A stretch of 64,000 bases of DNA from a virus (IMGVR_UViG_3300025030_000042), one strand, 5' to 3'; numbered from the stretch's first letter, positions 40,305 through 50,583 are shown. Numbers and translations: made by a program. Notes: generated by a model from the letters alone, not told the origin.

Positions 40305-40988
40305 TTATTCGTCCTTTTGAAATACCATATTTTTAACATATTGATTCATAAACTTTTCTTTTATTTCTGAATCATAATGATTTTCATTATATATTTCTTT
40401 ATATTTATATTTCTTCATAAAATGATATATTTCAACAAAACTAAAAAACTTATATGGAATCTTTTTTTCTAAAAAACCTTGTAACGAATAAAAAGATTGT
40501 TTTTCTAATGTTATTGGAACCCGTAATAATAAAATGTATTTTGGAGAAAACAAACAAAACTTTTCTATTATTTTATCATCATTCCAACAATATTGAATAG
40601 CAGAGTTAGAATGAATGATATCAAACTTTTGATTTAAATCAATGTTATTTATTGAAAAACGATATTCTACATTATCAATATTGCCCCTATTCTTAATATT
40701 TTCACATATTCGTTTATCTTCAATAATAATATATTTTTTAATATTTTCTTTTTCAAAAATACTTCCAAAAACATTTATAAAATGTTCACCATAACTACCA
40801 CCGTGATCTAAAATAGAAAGCGATTGTTTTTCTGATAAGAGAAGTTTCAAATATTGAATATAGATTTCATCGTGTTTAACGGACAATATTTGTCCAGAAG
40901 TATAAATGGGATATAAATAATCTGACGGTTGTCTTTCAACAATGTCTTTTATTTCGGACAATGTAAATCGTCCATCAAACATTTCCAT
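40305..40988 (-). CDS. TIGR04325-like SAM methyltransferase (paralog of 10442)
   Basis: ILDHGGSYGEHF, SNSAIQY. Confidence 0.75.
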   Translation of the reverse strand: MEMFDGRFTLSEIKDIVERQPSDYLYPIYTSGQILSVKHDEIYIQYLKLLLSEKQSLSILDHGGSYGEHFINVFGSIFEKENIKKYIIIEDKRICENIKNRGNIDNVEYRFSINNIDLNQKFDIIHSNSAIQYCWNDDKIIEKFCLFSPKYILLLRVPITLEKQSFYSLQGFLEKKIPYKFFSFVEIYHFMKKYKYKEIYNENHYDSEIKEKFMNQYVKNMVFQKDE

Positions 40989-41248
40989 TATCTCTTTGTT
41001 TGTTCTTCTAAAAGTTTGACTTGTTCTTCAAGAATGGATATTTTTTCCATAAGTTTTCTGCTATTTCGTCGGATTTCGTGAAGGTGTTGCTTTGCGATTG
41101 ATAAATCGTTTTGTTCACGAACCGTTCGTGGAGTTAAACGATTTAAAATCTCTGAAAGCGCTTGAACATAACTCGTTAAAGTAGGTGTTGGAGTTTCACC
41201 TTCGTTTAAAATAAACTGGCGAGTTATATCATTTAGATTAATCTTCAC
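40988..41248 (-). CDS. Hypothetical coiled-coil protein
   Basis: Coupled ORF. Confidence 0.6.
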   Translation of the reverse strand: MKINLNDITRQFILNEGETPTPTLTSYVQALSEILNRLTPRTVREQNDLSIAKQHLHEIRRNSRKLMEKISILEEQVKLLEEQTKR

Positions 41249-41510
41249 TTTTCTTTAAACTCTTTCGTAAAGCAAATCCGCGAAGTTGTTTCTTTGGTTT
41301 TTCTTCTTCTATACGATCTTCCGATAAAACTTCATCTGTTTGTTTTTCAGATATCGCTTTTTCAACCATTTTTTCAAAATTTGGTTCTTTTTCGGTTCTT
41401 TCTTCGATATAAAGATCCAAATCATCTTTTTCGACATCCACTTTATTTAAAAGTGCTTTCTTTTCTTCTTTGATCTTATTTCGCAGTCTTTTTAGTCTTT
41501 TGCTGGGCAT
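41238..41510 (-). CDS. Hypothetical charged protein
   Basis: Coupled ORF. Confidence 0.6.
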   Translation of the reverse strand: MPSKRLKRLRNKIKEEKKALLNKVDVEKDDLDLYIEERTEKEPNFEKMVEKAISEKQTDEVLSEDRIEEEKPKKQLRGFALRKSLKKSED

Positions 41511-41511
41511 A

Positions 41512-41901
41512 TTAAATATTATCCTCTCTATTTCCTTTTATTGTTTTATCCAAAGCAACAATAAGATCGTCAACAAAACCTTGTTGCTTTTCGTTTGATA
41601 GTTGATCATATGTTTTCTGAAGTTGTTTAATAGCATCTTGTAAGAGTCCAATCGGAGCGTGTTCACCTTTAAATGCCAGTTTTGAAACTTCCACCAAAGG
41701 TCCAGTATGCCATATCGAAAGCGGTTTGGCAAGTTCTTTGTCAACAACGACAAGACTTTTCGGATCGAGTTTATCTGCTTCCGGTTCGTTATACGAAAGA
41801 CGAGTGTCTTCTTTCAATAAACCAAATTTCTTTAATAATGATTTTCTGACACCATCATTATGATTTTCAAAAAGTTTTGCGTATTCAATATCCCAAGACA
41901 T
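41512..41901 (-). CDS. Hypothetical protein
   Basis: Shares LxKKFGxLKE with the next ORF. Confidence 0.6.
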   Translation of the reverse strand: MSWDIEYAKLFENHNDGVRKSLLKKFGLLKEDTRLSYNEPEADKLDPKSLVVVDKELAKPLSIWHTGPLVEVSKLAFKGEHAPIGLLQDAIKQLQKTYDQLSNEKQQGFVDDLIVALDKTIKGNREDNI

Positions 41902-42615
41902 TTATTTTTTCTTTTCTTCTTTTGCTACCCACTTTTTTTCCGGAGATAATATTAACTTCTTAATCGGACCTTCTTTTTGTTTATTTTTTGTCCATTCCGG
42001 ATCGTCTTTGTGGATTTCTACGTGTTTTTCTTCAAGATTTTGTTCTTCGTCTAACTGCTCTTCTTCCTCGTCAAGTTGTTCGTCTTCTTCGAGTTCTTCG
42101 CTTTCTTTCAAAATCCCAAACTTCTTCATCAACGATTCATTCAAAGACTTGCGTCTACCTGAAAATATATCTGTAAAAGTTTCTTCAATGTGTTGTTCTT
42201 TTTTCTCTGACATTGTTGTATGTTGTCTCCTTTTTTTATAATCGTCTTCCCAATCTCTAAAAAGCATATTTCCTTTTTCGTATGCTTCTCGTTCCATTTC
42301 TCTTAAATGAGGATTTTTTTGAGCATATCCTTCTTCAGCGCTTGTTAGATTTTGAAAATTTCCTCTGGTATCTTGATTACTATGTAGGCACTCGTGGAAT
42401 AAACTGCGTATAATGTCTTTTGGGTGTCTATTCGTAATATAGAGAACGATTTTTTTATTTTCTGGATCATAATGTGCCGTTTTACCAAAAAAATCTTTTG
42501 AGTTTTTACAATCAGATTTTAAAACAACTTTTAGTCCTTCTGGAAGTTCTATATGTTGTTTTAAATACTTAATAGATTCTTTTATCTTTTGTATTAACTC
42601 ACTTTTATCTTCCAT
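41902..42615 (-). CDS. HExxH-containing protein with acidic tail
   Basis: RHPKDIIRSLFHECLH; EMEREAY. Confidence 0.6.
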   Translation of the reverse strand: MEDKSELIQKIKESIKYLKQHIELPEGLKVVLKSDCKNSKDFFGKTAHYDPENKKIVLYITNRHPKDIIRSLFHECLHSNQDTRGNFQNLTSAEEGYAQKNPHLREMEREAYEKGNMLFRDWEDDYKKRRQHTTMSEKKEQHIEETFTDIFSGRRKSLNESLMKKFGILKESEELEEDEQLDEEEEQLDEEQNLEEKHVEIHKDDPEWTKNKQKEGPIKKLILSPEKKWVAKEEKKK

Positions 42616-42623
42616 TGGTTTTA

Positions 42624-43445
42624 TTACTTTTTACTTTTCTGTTTTTGATGCATTTTATCAACTTCTTCAAGAAGTGATTCCAGAGAAACGCCTTTTTCTA
42701 TCGTTGGCATTTCAAAACCCTCAGAAAGTTTCATTTCAAGACGGCTATCCACTTCTTTTACAAGTTTACCAACCGCAATCTTTAAAATATTCATCGGGTT
42801 CTTTAATAATGAAGAAAGTCTTACCGTTATAGTATCTTTGATTCCCAGAACTTCTTGTAAAAATCTAAATGTATCATTGGATTCAATATGAGAAACAATA
42901 TTTTTGATTTCTTCTGGAGTCTGTAAATCTTGTAACATTCTTTCATAAAAAAGCAATATTCTTGATTGTTTGTCAACATTTTGTCGTAGTTGTTTTGCCT
43001 GCTGTTCATCTTCTGGTTTGCTGATTTCTGGAGAACTTTTTTGTTGTATTGTTGGTTCTTTAACATCTATATCTGACGACGATTGATTGGCCAATTGATC
43101 AATATTCACTTTTTTTCTGGGAGTTGGTGGAACATCTGGTTGATTTGCTAGTTGATCAATATTCACATTGCGTCGTTGTTTTGATGCTGGTGTATGAGCA
43201 CCAGTTTTTGACAGATCTATTTCTCCGGCGACATTAGGAGAAGTTCCGGCACTTCTAACATTTTTTTTAACTATTGGTTTTGGCGGTTCCGGACTTTTTT
43301 TTGGTTGTTTTGGTTCAACCTTTTTTGGTTTTTTCTTTTTGGGTATCTCCATTTTATCGGTTCCATCTTCGTCCATTAAAGAACGATTTAGTTCTTCAAG
43401 AATAAGCTTTTTTAAGAAATCATGAGTTACTTTCATTAGAGACAA
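42624..43445 (-). CDS. Hypothetical low-complexity protein
   Basis: GGAGGA RBS; internal repeat VNIDQLANQ x2. Confidence 0.65.
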   Translation of the reverse strand: MSLMKVTHDFLKKLILEELNRSLMDEDGTDKMEIPKKKKPKKVEPKQPKKSPEPPKPIVKKNVRSAGTSPNVAGEIDLSKTGAHTPASKQRRNVNIDQLANQPDVPPTPRKKVNIDQLANQSSSDIDVKEPTIQQKSSPEISKPEDEQQAKQLRQNVDKQSRILLFYERMLQDLQTPEEIKNIVSHIESNDTFRFLQEVLGIKDTITVRLSSLLKNPMNILKIAVGKLVKEVDSRLEMKLSEGFEMPTIEKGVSLESLLEEVDKMHQKQKSKK

Positions 43446-43554
43446 TCCTCCAATGATAAGTAGTTGTAAAGAATAAAATTAATATATTCATCTTTATTTC
43501 AATAATGTTTTATCATTTCTTCTAACTACTTGATATTACTGCGTTCTTTTTTTC

Positions 43555-43582
43555 TTGACAGCGGCGACAGTTCTGATAGACT
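43555..43582 (+). promoter_or_regulatory. sigma70-type promoter
   Basis: TTGACA-N16-TAGACT with TG extension at start of plus-strand block. Confidence 0.55.
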
Positions 43583-43629
43583 GTTTTGTAGAGGTTGGAA
43601 AACGCATTCACCGAAGAAAGGAAAGTAAG

Positions 43630-43827
43630 ATGCGTTACAAAGTGGCAGATTGCGTATCGAGATTTGGAAATACAGAAAATATCGGCATCATTATTGACAT
43701 CGCTAGCGATCAACAGTATTATAAGGTCGCTTGGTTTACGAGTGATGGTCTTTCGGAGTTTGCTGAATATTGTGCCGATTATCAACTATGTGATACTCAA
43801 ACGAATGAAGAAATTTGGTTCGAGTAA
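43630..43827 (+). CDS. KOW/SH3-like microprotein (divergent)
   Basis: MRYKVADCVS...IGIIID...YKVAW. Confidence 0.6.
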   Translation: MRYKVADCVSRFGNTENIGIIIDIASDQQYYKVAWFTSDGLSEFAEYCADYQLCDTQTNEEIWFE

Positions 43828-43866
43828 ATAAAGTTCAAATCATTAACATTGAAAAGGGGTTTGAAA

Positions 43867-44301
43867 ATGTTTCAAGTTCGCAATTTTCCACTATCGTCTG
43901 AAGATGTTTCACTTAATCCATATGAGGTAAGATGTATTCTCGCTGATCATTTTGAATACGCTCATTTTGATATCTGGGATGGATATGGATCTGCTACAGT
44001 GGGTGGTTGTCGCGTCGGCGATAGGGTTTATTATGCAGTTTCTTTTTGTTCTCCGGTTGACAATTTTGATCGGTCTATTGGTAGACAAGAAGCATATGAC
44101 AACATGATCGACGATCTTCGGACTTCAATGCGAAGTGTATTTCATTTCAATGAGAAGACAGAAAATCTAACTCCCGCTCAAGTTTTTCAGATTGTTTTGG
44201 AAACGCATCTCAAAAAAATGCGTCAAGTTCCAAGTTGGTGTGGTCGTCACCCACAAATTACGATTCGTAATCGTCGTAAGAATCGATCAATGTGGAAGTG
44301 A
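43867..44301 (+). CDS. Hypothetical protein
   Basis: AAGGGG RBS; SFCSPVDNFDRSIGR. Confidence 0.6.
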   Translation: MFQVRNFPLSSEDVSLNPYEVRCILADHFEYAHFDIWDGYGSATVGGCRVGDRVYYAVSFCSPVDNFDRSIGRQEAYDNMIDDLRTSMRSVFHFNEKTENLTPAQVFQIVLETHLKKMRQVPSWCGRHPQITIRNRRKNRSMWK

Positions 44302-44317
44302 TATATTTACTATAAAG

Positions 44318-44552
44318 GAGTTTTACAACAAATATTTTTGATTTACCAAAATCTATATTTCAAGTTGGCGATTTGATTACGCTTTCGGGAAACTACGGAA
44401 CGATCATAACTGGTCCTTTTTATGAAGGTGAATTTGCTCTTGAAAAATACATTTATTGGAAGTTGTCGATCATTTGGAACATACAATGTACGATTATGTA
44501 TGCCCGAGAAAACTCTTTGATTTTAGTAAAAAGAAAACAAAATGATCTTTGA
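44318..44552 (+). CDS. KOW-like frame without clear start codon
   Basis: Manual translation IFQVGDLITLSGNYGTII; AAGGAG upstream but no ATG. Confidence 0.35.
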
Positions 44553-44850
44553 AACACTTGAAAACTTATCGAAATATCAAGTATTATCCGGAGTTTCTTT
44601 TGTTTTTGCCAAATTATGTAGTTTAGCGACAGTAGCAAATATCTTTGTTTCTATGGGTAACGCAAGTTTTCGCAACTATGCTTTATGGTCGTTAGCATTG
44701 ACAATCTTTTTCATTCTAATGTGTTTTGTTTTTATTGGAATCCATTTAGTAAAAGAAAGTTCGTCAAATAAAGAAAAACAAATAGAAGAACTTCTAAAAG
44801 ATCCAGAATGGAAACTACTTTTACAAAAGAAGTTGACTCAATGTCAATAG
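44542..44850 (+). CDS. Two-TM membrane protein
   Basis: Two hydrophobic stretches. Confidence 0.6.
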   Translation: MIFETLENLSKYQVLSGVSFVFAKLCSLATVANIFVSMGNASFRNYALWSLALTIFFILMCFVFIGIHLVKESSSNKEKQIEELLKDPEWKLLLQKKLTQCQ

Positions 44851-45068
44851 AAACATTAGAAAATGTATTAGTTCTCTTGGAAAATCGGTTAAAGCAACAG
44901 AGATTGGAACAACACTATTCGAGTGGAAATCCGAGTTGTATTACAAAAAATCACAATGGTCATTCTTTTGATACAGGAGTAACACGAGGTTTAAATGTTT
45001 CGGTTTGTATTGTCAGATCATTTATCAACGACACAAAGAAAAAGTTAGAAAGAAAACAAAATGTTTAA
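44841..45068 (+). CDS. Hypothetical protein
   Basis: Coupled ORF. Confidence 0.55.
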   Translation: MSIETLENVLVLLENRLKQQRLEQHYSSGNPSCITKNHNGHSFDTGVTRGLNVSVCIVRSFINDTKKKLERKQNV

Positions 45069-45254
45069 AGTAGGAAATCTGGTAAAACTGGTTGGTTTTT
45101 CTTGTGAAAAGAAAAAAACATTATTGGTACTTTTGTAAAAGTGCGAGGACCTCAATGTAAGGTGCTGTGGTTTTGGAATATTCCAGATTATTGTCATCGC
45201 GAAAGTTTGAATAAAACTTTTTGGTTTCATAAAGAACTCCAAAAGTTGCTTTAA
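45061..45254 (+). pseudogene. KOW-like microprotein frameshifted in an A7 run
   Basis: MFKVGNLVKL...; one extra A at 45112-45118 gives NIIGTFVKVRGPQCKVLWF...QKLL. Confidence 0.65.
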
Positions 45255-45359
45255 ACCCATAACCCTTTGATATCACAAAGAAAAAAAACTTCTTGACAAA
45301 ACGGCGACTCTGAAACAAACTTTATTTGTCGTTAACACTTTTTCGCAGGAGACTATGTA

Positions 45360-46490
45360 ATGGGAATCACGTTCAAGAGTTTGGGAAAATGTCTACCTCA
45401 TGTCGTTGACATCCGTAAACCAGTTTTGCTCCGTTCTAGACACGGACAAGGAAAGAGCACATTGGTTTACGATTTCGCAAACGAGATTAAAATGCCCGTT
45501 GTTGAAAGACGAGCATCGCAAATGACCGAAGGTGATCTTTTAGGACTACCAAAGATCGATGGTGATCGAACCGCCTGGCTTCCGCCGGATTGGCTTCGCC
45601 AAGCTTGTTTGGAACCGGTTGTCTTGTTCATCGACGAAATCGATCGCGCAACGATGGAAGTTCGTCAAGGATTTTTCGAGTTATGTGATTCTCGCAAGAT
45701 CGCCGGAAATCATCTCCATCCGGATACTTTGATTTTCGCCGCCGTCAACGGTGGAGAGAATACTGCTCAATATCAAGTTGGCGAAATGGATCCAGCAGAA
45801 CTCGATCGTTGGACGGTATTCGATCTTGAACCATCTGTAGAGGATTGGCTTTACTGGGCAAAGGATAATGTGGAACTAATCGTTTGGGATTTTATCAATC
45901 AAAATCACGTTCATTTGGAACACAACAGCGATTTTGAACCAAACAAGGTTTATCCTTCGCGTCGTTCGTGGCATCGTTTTTCCGATTGTATTAAGAAGGG
46001 TGATCTCATTAAACCTGGAAAAACTACTCCTGTTCTATACAATCTCGCGTGTTCTTTCGTTGGTTTGGAAGCGGCAACGCAGTTTGGCGATTTCGTGAAA
46101 AACTATAAACATCAGGTAACACCGGGAAACATTCTTGACGAAGGTAAATTTGATCTCGTAAAAGACTTTTCAATCAATGATCATACATCTTTGGTTGAAA
46201 AGATTGTTACCCAAAAGCATCTTCAAAAGAAGTTTACAAACAAGGTTTCCAAGAATGTTGTAGAATATTTTAACATGTTGCCGTCCGAAGTTGCGATGAA
46301 ATTCTGGACTTCGATCGGCATTGAAAACTCGGAAAATCTCGTAAAGATTCACAACAACATTCATATGCGACTCGTTAAGATGTTGAACGAAGAAGGCGTT
46401 ATTGAAAAACTCGAAAAGGGCGAGTTTACGAACGAAGAACAAAAGTCCGCGGAACCAAAAGAAACAACCACGACTTCCAAAGAGAAATAA
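45360..46490 (+). CDS. MoxR-like AAA+ ATPase
   Basis: HGQGKST, GDLLGLP, LFIDEIDRA, MDPAELDRW, PSRRSW. Confidence 0.88.
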   Translation: MGITFKSLGKCLPHVVDIRKPVLLRSRHGQGKSTLVYDFANEIKMPVVERRASQMTEGDLLGLPKIDGDRTAWLPPDWLRQACLEPVVLFIDEIDRATMEVRQGFFELCDSRKIAGNHLHPDTLIFAAVNGGENTAQYQVGEMDPAELDRWTVFDLEPSVEDWLYWAKDNVELIVWDFINQNHVHLEHNSDFEPNKVYPSRRSWHRFSDCIKKGDLIKPGKTTPVLYNLACSFVGLEAATQFGDFVKNYKHQVTPGNILDEGKFDLVKDFSINDHTSLVEKIVTQKHLQKKFTNKVSKNVVEYFNMLPSEVAMKFWTSIGIENSENLVKIHNNIHMRLVKMLNEEGVIEKLEKGEFTNEEQKSAEPKETTTTSKEK

Positions 46491-46521
46491 CTTTTAAAAA
46501 CTCTTAAAAAGAGATAATATA

Positions 46522-47775
46522 ATGTCTTCTTCTACTAATTCCGCCCAAGAAGCACCTCCAAAAGAAAGTCAAATGACGCGCTACATTGATCATTTCAATC
46601 TCAATGATCACACTGCACGACTTCTTTTGGAGGAACCCTTTTTCGCCGCCCTATCGCGACGAATTAATAAAGTGTCGACCAAAGGTATACCAACTGCCGG
46701 TGTTCGTATCAATCCCAATACTGCGCAGTTTGAATTATTTTATAATCCAGATTTTTTTTGTTATCTCACGAACAAGCAACGTTTGGCAGTTCTTAAACAC
46801 GAATATTATCATCTTATTTTTGAGCACGTCACTGGCCGAAAACCATCGGATAAAAATCTCCATAAGGTGTGGAATATTGCTACAGATCTTGCAATCAATT
46901 CATATCTTATGGATGAACTTCCAGACTTTTGTTGTTTTCCGGAACGAGGGATCTTCAAAGATCTCCCGAAAGAAAAAGCGGCTGAATGGTATTTCAATGT
47001 TTTGAAAAATCAAAAAGAGTTTATTGAAAAGCATTTTCCAGATTCTAAAATGTATGGTGCTGGAGCTGGTTCTGGAAAAGATCAACAGTTTGATAATCAT
47101 TCTGAATGGATCGAAAACGACGAAGCGTCTCGTGAAATCCGCGAGATTGCCAAAGAGAAACTTCGCGAGATCGCACGAAAATCTGCTCAAGAGGCGAACG
47201 AGGCGAACTCTTGGGGTTCTGTTCCGCAGTCTTGTCGCGACAACATTCTAAAGTGGTTGGCGGGCCGTGTGGACTGGAAAAAGGTGTTACGATATTTTAT
47301 CAAGATGTCACAAAAGGCGAATAAGTCATCGTCAATCAGAAAACTAAATAAAAGATATCCTTATATTCACGCCGGCAAAAAGTCGAATAGATGTGCTCGA
47401 TTGGCGATTTCAGTTGATCAATCTGGATCTGTTTCGGATGAGTTATTGTCAAAGTTCTTTTCAGAGTTAAACGGATTATCACATTTGGCAGAATTCGTTG
47501 TAATTCCTTTTGATACCGAAGTTGCTACCGATGCCGTTTTCGTTTGGAAAAAAGGAGAGAAACGAAAGGGTCAACGAGTTCGTTGCGGGGGAACCGATTT
47601 TGATGCTCCGACTCGTTATGTCAACGAAAGAAGTTTTGACGGTCATATTGTATTGACGGATCTTTGCGCTCCGAAACCGATTCCGTCAAAGTGCCAAAGA
47701 ATCTGGATGACCAGTCAAGAGCACGGAACGAACCCTTATTTTCAAACGAACGAGCGCATTGTGATTGTTGATTAA
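46522..47775 (+). CDS. Metallopeptidase-VWA protein (DUF2201-like)
   Basis: LKHEYYH, NIATDLAINS, VDQSGSVS, GGTDF, LTD. Confidence 0.88.
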   Translation: MSSSTNSAQEAPPKESQMTRYIDHFNLNDHTARLLLEEPFFAALSRRINKVSTKGIPTAGVRINPNTAQFELFYNPDFFCYLTNKQRLAVLKHEYYHLIFEHVTGRKPSDKNLHKVWNIATDLAINSYLMDELPDFCCFPERGIFKDLPKEKAAEWYFNVLKNQKEFIEKHFPDSKMYGAGAGSGKDQQFDNHSEWIENDEASREIREIAKEKLREIARKSAQEANEANSWGSVPQSCRDNILKWLAGRVDWKKVLRYFIKMSQKANKSSSIRKLNKRYPYIHAGKKSNRCARLAISVDQSGSVSDELLSKFFSELNGLSHLAEFVVIPFDTEVATDAVFVWKKGEKRKGQRVRCGGTDFDAPTRYVNERSFDGHIVLTDLCAPKPIPSKCQRIWMTSQEHGTNPYFQTNERIVIVD

Positions 47776-48026
47776 AGGAACTAAAATGGAAATGTTTTGG
47801 GGTATTTTATTAATCCTTTTCGCTGTTTATTCGATCGCTTGGTGGAGTAAATAAAATGTTATATTTATTTCTTTTTCTTTGTTTTCTTTGTATTGTCGGA
47901 TCAATTTTTCTATCCGTGCGAGGTTTTCAAGGAAAGTTATCAAATTTTAACGCTGGATTCGGATGGTTGCAAACCGCATATCTTTCGATGATTATTATCG
48001 TACGAATGCTGATGGGGTGGTGAACT

Positions 48027-48296
48027 ATGCGACTCGTATTTAGTATTAATGTTGAAGAATATGATACCGAAAAAAAAATGATCAAAGATATTCGGGAAAT
48101 GCTTCATAGATTTTATTATGATGATTTGACCGAAGAAGACAAAGGACTTTTGGATACCGCTCAAGTTGCTTTGATTAGAGATGGAGACAGGGCAAGTCTG
48201 AATACGCTTTTACCGAAGTTACAGGGAAGGGCGGGAGAACATTATCAAGGAAGAAAGGCGTCGTTAGAAGAGATTTCTAAACTTGTGAGTGGTTAA
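48027..48296 (+). CDS. Hypothetical protein
   Basis: Co-oriented ORF. Confidence 0.6.
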   Translation: MRLVFSINVEEYDTEKKMIKDIREMLHRFYYDDLTEEDKGLLDTAQVALIRDGDRASLNTLLPKLQGRAGEHYQGRKASLEEISKLVSG

Positions 48297-48309
48297 AAGT
48301 AAAATGAAA

Positions 48310-48984
48310 TTATAAAGAATTTTTAATCTGTGAAATATGTTCGAGTGAAATATGACCGTGATCAAATTCCCAGTGATGATTTTTACAAAGTCCGATAAGA
48401 TTAGAAATATCATTTATTTCTGATATTAAAGTTTTTGGAGGAAATGAAGATATTGATTTTATATGACACGCATCAATGTGTAAAGTATAATCACATAAAG
48501 CACATTTTAACAAAAGATTATGTTTTTGGGCTATTTTCCGAGCGTGATATCTGACTCTAGAAAAGTGATTACAAGAAAACGATTTTGTTATTTTAATAGT
48601 TTCCAGCGTTAATGAGTTAGTAGGAATATGTTCTTTATCATAACAAGTTTTACAAAGATTAGTTTTTTTATCATTTAGTGGAATAGAACAAATATTACAA
48701 AAGTTAGTAAATGTTTTCACTCTTTTTGGATATTTTGTATTATTAAATATTGCAGAACATTTTTGAGAACAAAAGTTATTTGGAAACTTTTTTATTTCAC
48801 TACGAAGTTTTAAAAATGATTTATAACAGTTTAAACATTCTACTAAAATCTTACTTGAAGCATTTTCTTTTCTATAGAGTTTTGCACAATCGTTGGAACA
48901 AAAATGTTTTTTACTTCTCTCTATTCGACATTTTTGTCTTTGAAAGGATTTAGAACATCTATGACATTTTATTTGAATAAGCAT
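48310..48984 (-). mobile_element. HNH endonuclease with Cys-rich N-terminal repeats, opposite to neighbours
   Basis: CxxCxKSF/FCSxxC repeats; DACHIK...NLIGLCKNHHWEFD; GGAG RBS before MLIQ. Confidence 0.85.
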
Positions 48985-49053
48985 ACGTATTCTCCATTTA
49001 TTATAAGTAGTATTCTCATTGGGATTTGAAACAAATATAGAAGGTAGTATTAA

Positions 49054-49125
49054 GGGGCTCGGGCGGTTCAGTAATCGCGTCGGTCTTATAAACCGAGAAA
49101 CCGTGAGCGACACACGGGAGCCCTA
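49054..49125 (+). tRNA. Non-canonical tRNA-Ile(UAU), no encoded CCA
   Basis: All four stems pair: GGGGCTC/GAGCCCT, GCGG/TCGC, TCGGT/ACCGA with loop CTTATAA, CCGTG/CACGG; loops lack conserved residues. Confidence 0.7.
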
Positions 49126-49144
49126 TATAAAAGAGAAAATAAAA

Positions 49145-49585
49145 ATGACATCAACAACCGAAAAACTTTCGCTTCTGGAAAATCACATTCTCTCAAAATA
49201 TGGAATCAAAGTTGTTTATTCATATAAAGTTAAAACGGATACATATTATCCAGACAAAAAACTTATTGAAATCTGTCCTCGTCAAATAGCAAAACATAAA
49301 CTTTATTCTTTATTACACGAAGCGGGACACATTCTCATACAAACACCATACGCCAAATATGTTCGCAAGTTTCCTTTAAGTCACCAGACAACTTTATACG
49401 GAAAAGATTATCGAATAGATGTTTTACGAGAAGAATATTTTGCTTGGGACAAAGGGTTTGATTTATCAAAGGAGTTAAAACTTGATATCAATGAAGAAAA
49501 ATATTATAAGTATGCCCGAAAGTTTTTATGGGGGTATATTAAATGGTTAATGAATCCTGGTAAAAGATATCAATGGATTACCTAA
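49145..49585 (+). CDS. ImmA/IrrE-like zinc metallopeptidase
   Basis: LLHEAGH, EEYFAW; start trimmed to MTSTT. Confidence 0.65.
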   Translation: MTSTTEKLSLLENHILSKYGIKVVYSYKVKTDTYYPDKKLIEICPRQIAKHKLYSLLHEAGHILIQTPYAKYVRKFPLSHQTTLYGKDYRIDVLREEYFAWDKGFDLSKELKLDINEEKYYKYARKFLWGYIKWLMNPGKRYQWIT

Positions 49586-49782
49586 AAAAAATAAGAGTTG
49601 GAAGTCTGATTACTTGGAAAACCAACGATTTTATTAAAGATTACTTATTTAATACAGGAATTATTGTTTTAAAGACCGAAGGTTATTTTAAAGTTTATTG
49701 GTACAATAGAAAAATAAATAAATCGTATTTTTTACAACATTCATATGGAGCGATTTACAATATTATTGTTTTGTCATATTAA
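49573..49782 (+). CDS. KOW/SH3-like microprotein
   Basis: IRVGSLITW...TGIIVLK...FKVYW. Confidence 0.65.
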   Translation: MDYLKKIRVGSLITWKTNDFIKDYLFNTGIIVLKTEGYFKVYWYNRKINKSYFLQHSYGAIYNIIVLSY

Positions 49783-49822
49783 AAAGTATTTATTATGATG
49801 TCCGCAACGAAAGGAACTTGAA

Positions 49823-50197
49823 ATGATGTCTACTAACGACAAAGAACTTTCGAATGCCGAACTCGAAGCAATCCTTTCCAGTCTTAAAACCTTAAAGGAT
49901 CTTGAAAGATTTGATTTGTCCACAAACGACGAGATCAATCTAAAGTTACTGGATATTGAAAAAGAAATCGCTCTTTATCTAAAGAAGAACTTTTATTCTG
50001 ATCTCTACGTTGGAAAAGATAGTTTGGGGCTTGAACTTTATAATGTTCGTTTTGATCCAACTGTTCCAGGGAAGGGTTTTCGCGGCAGAGCAAAAGATAT
50101 TCGTAATACCACCATCGCTTATGTGTGGTATGATATGAAGTCCAAAGAAATCGTCCACACCCCAGAACAATACTCCTACAATAAACGAATGAACTAA
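49823..50197 (+). CDS. Hypothetical protein
   Basis: AAAGGA RBS. Confidence 0.65.
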   Translation: MMSTNDKELSNAELEAILSSLKTLKDLERFDLSTNDEINLKLLDIEKEIALYLKKNFYSDLYVGKDSLGLELYNVRFDPTVPGKGFRGRAKDIRNTTIAYVWYDMKSKEIVHTPEQYSYNKRMN

Positions 50198-50285
50198 TCT
50201 AAAATACTTTAAAGATTTTTAGATTTTACTTTAGGTATTATTTGTTATATACTATTGTTTTTTATTGTTGCCGCCGATAAACCTC

Positions 50286-50314
50286 TTGACAAAAAGCCGT
50301 TAAACTGTTATAAT
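50286..50314 (+). promoter_or_regulatory. Consensus sigma70 promoter
   Basis: TTGACA-N17-TATAAT with TG extension. Confidence 0.85.
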
Positions 50315-50400
50315 GATTATATAATATACGATATAGATAATATGAAATGTTTTTGTAAATAAGAATCAACGCCTAAAAAGGAAAAAGAAAAAAGACAACT

Positions 50401-50583
50401 ATGGACACTACGGTAAGAGATTTAGAGAATAGAACGAAATATGTATTTATTATTCAATGGATTGACGATGAAGATCTTTTAAGAAAAGCAGTTAAATATA
50501 ATGAAAGAGATGCCAACAATCACCTTCAATCATTACTGGACGATGGATTTTCGGCGTGGATAACAAAAGAAAAAAAGAAATAA
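50401..50583 (+). CDS. Hypothetical protein
   Basis: Downstream of promoter. Confidence 0.55.
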   Translation: MDTTVRDLENRTKYVFIIQWIDDEDLLRKAVKYNERDANNHLQSLLDDGFSAWITKEKKK

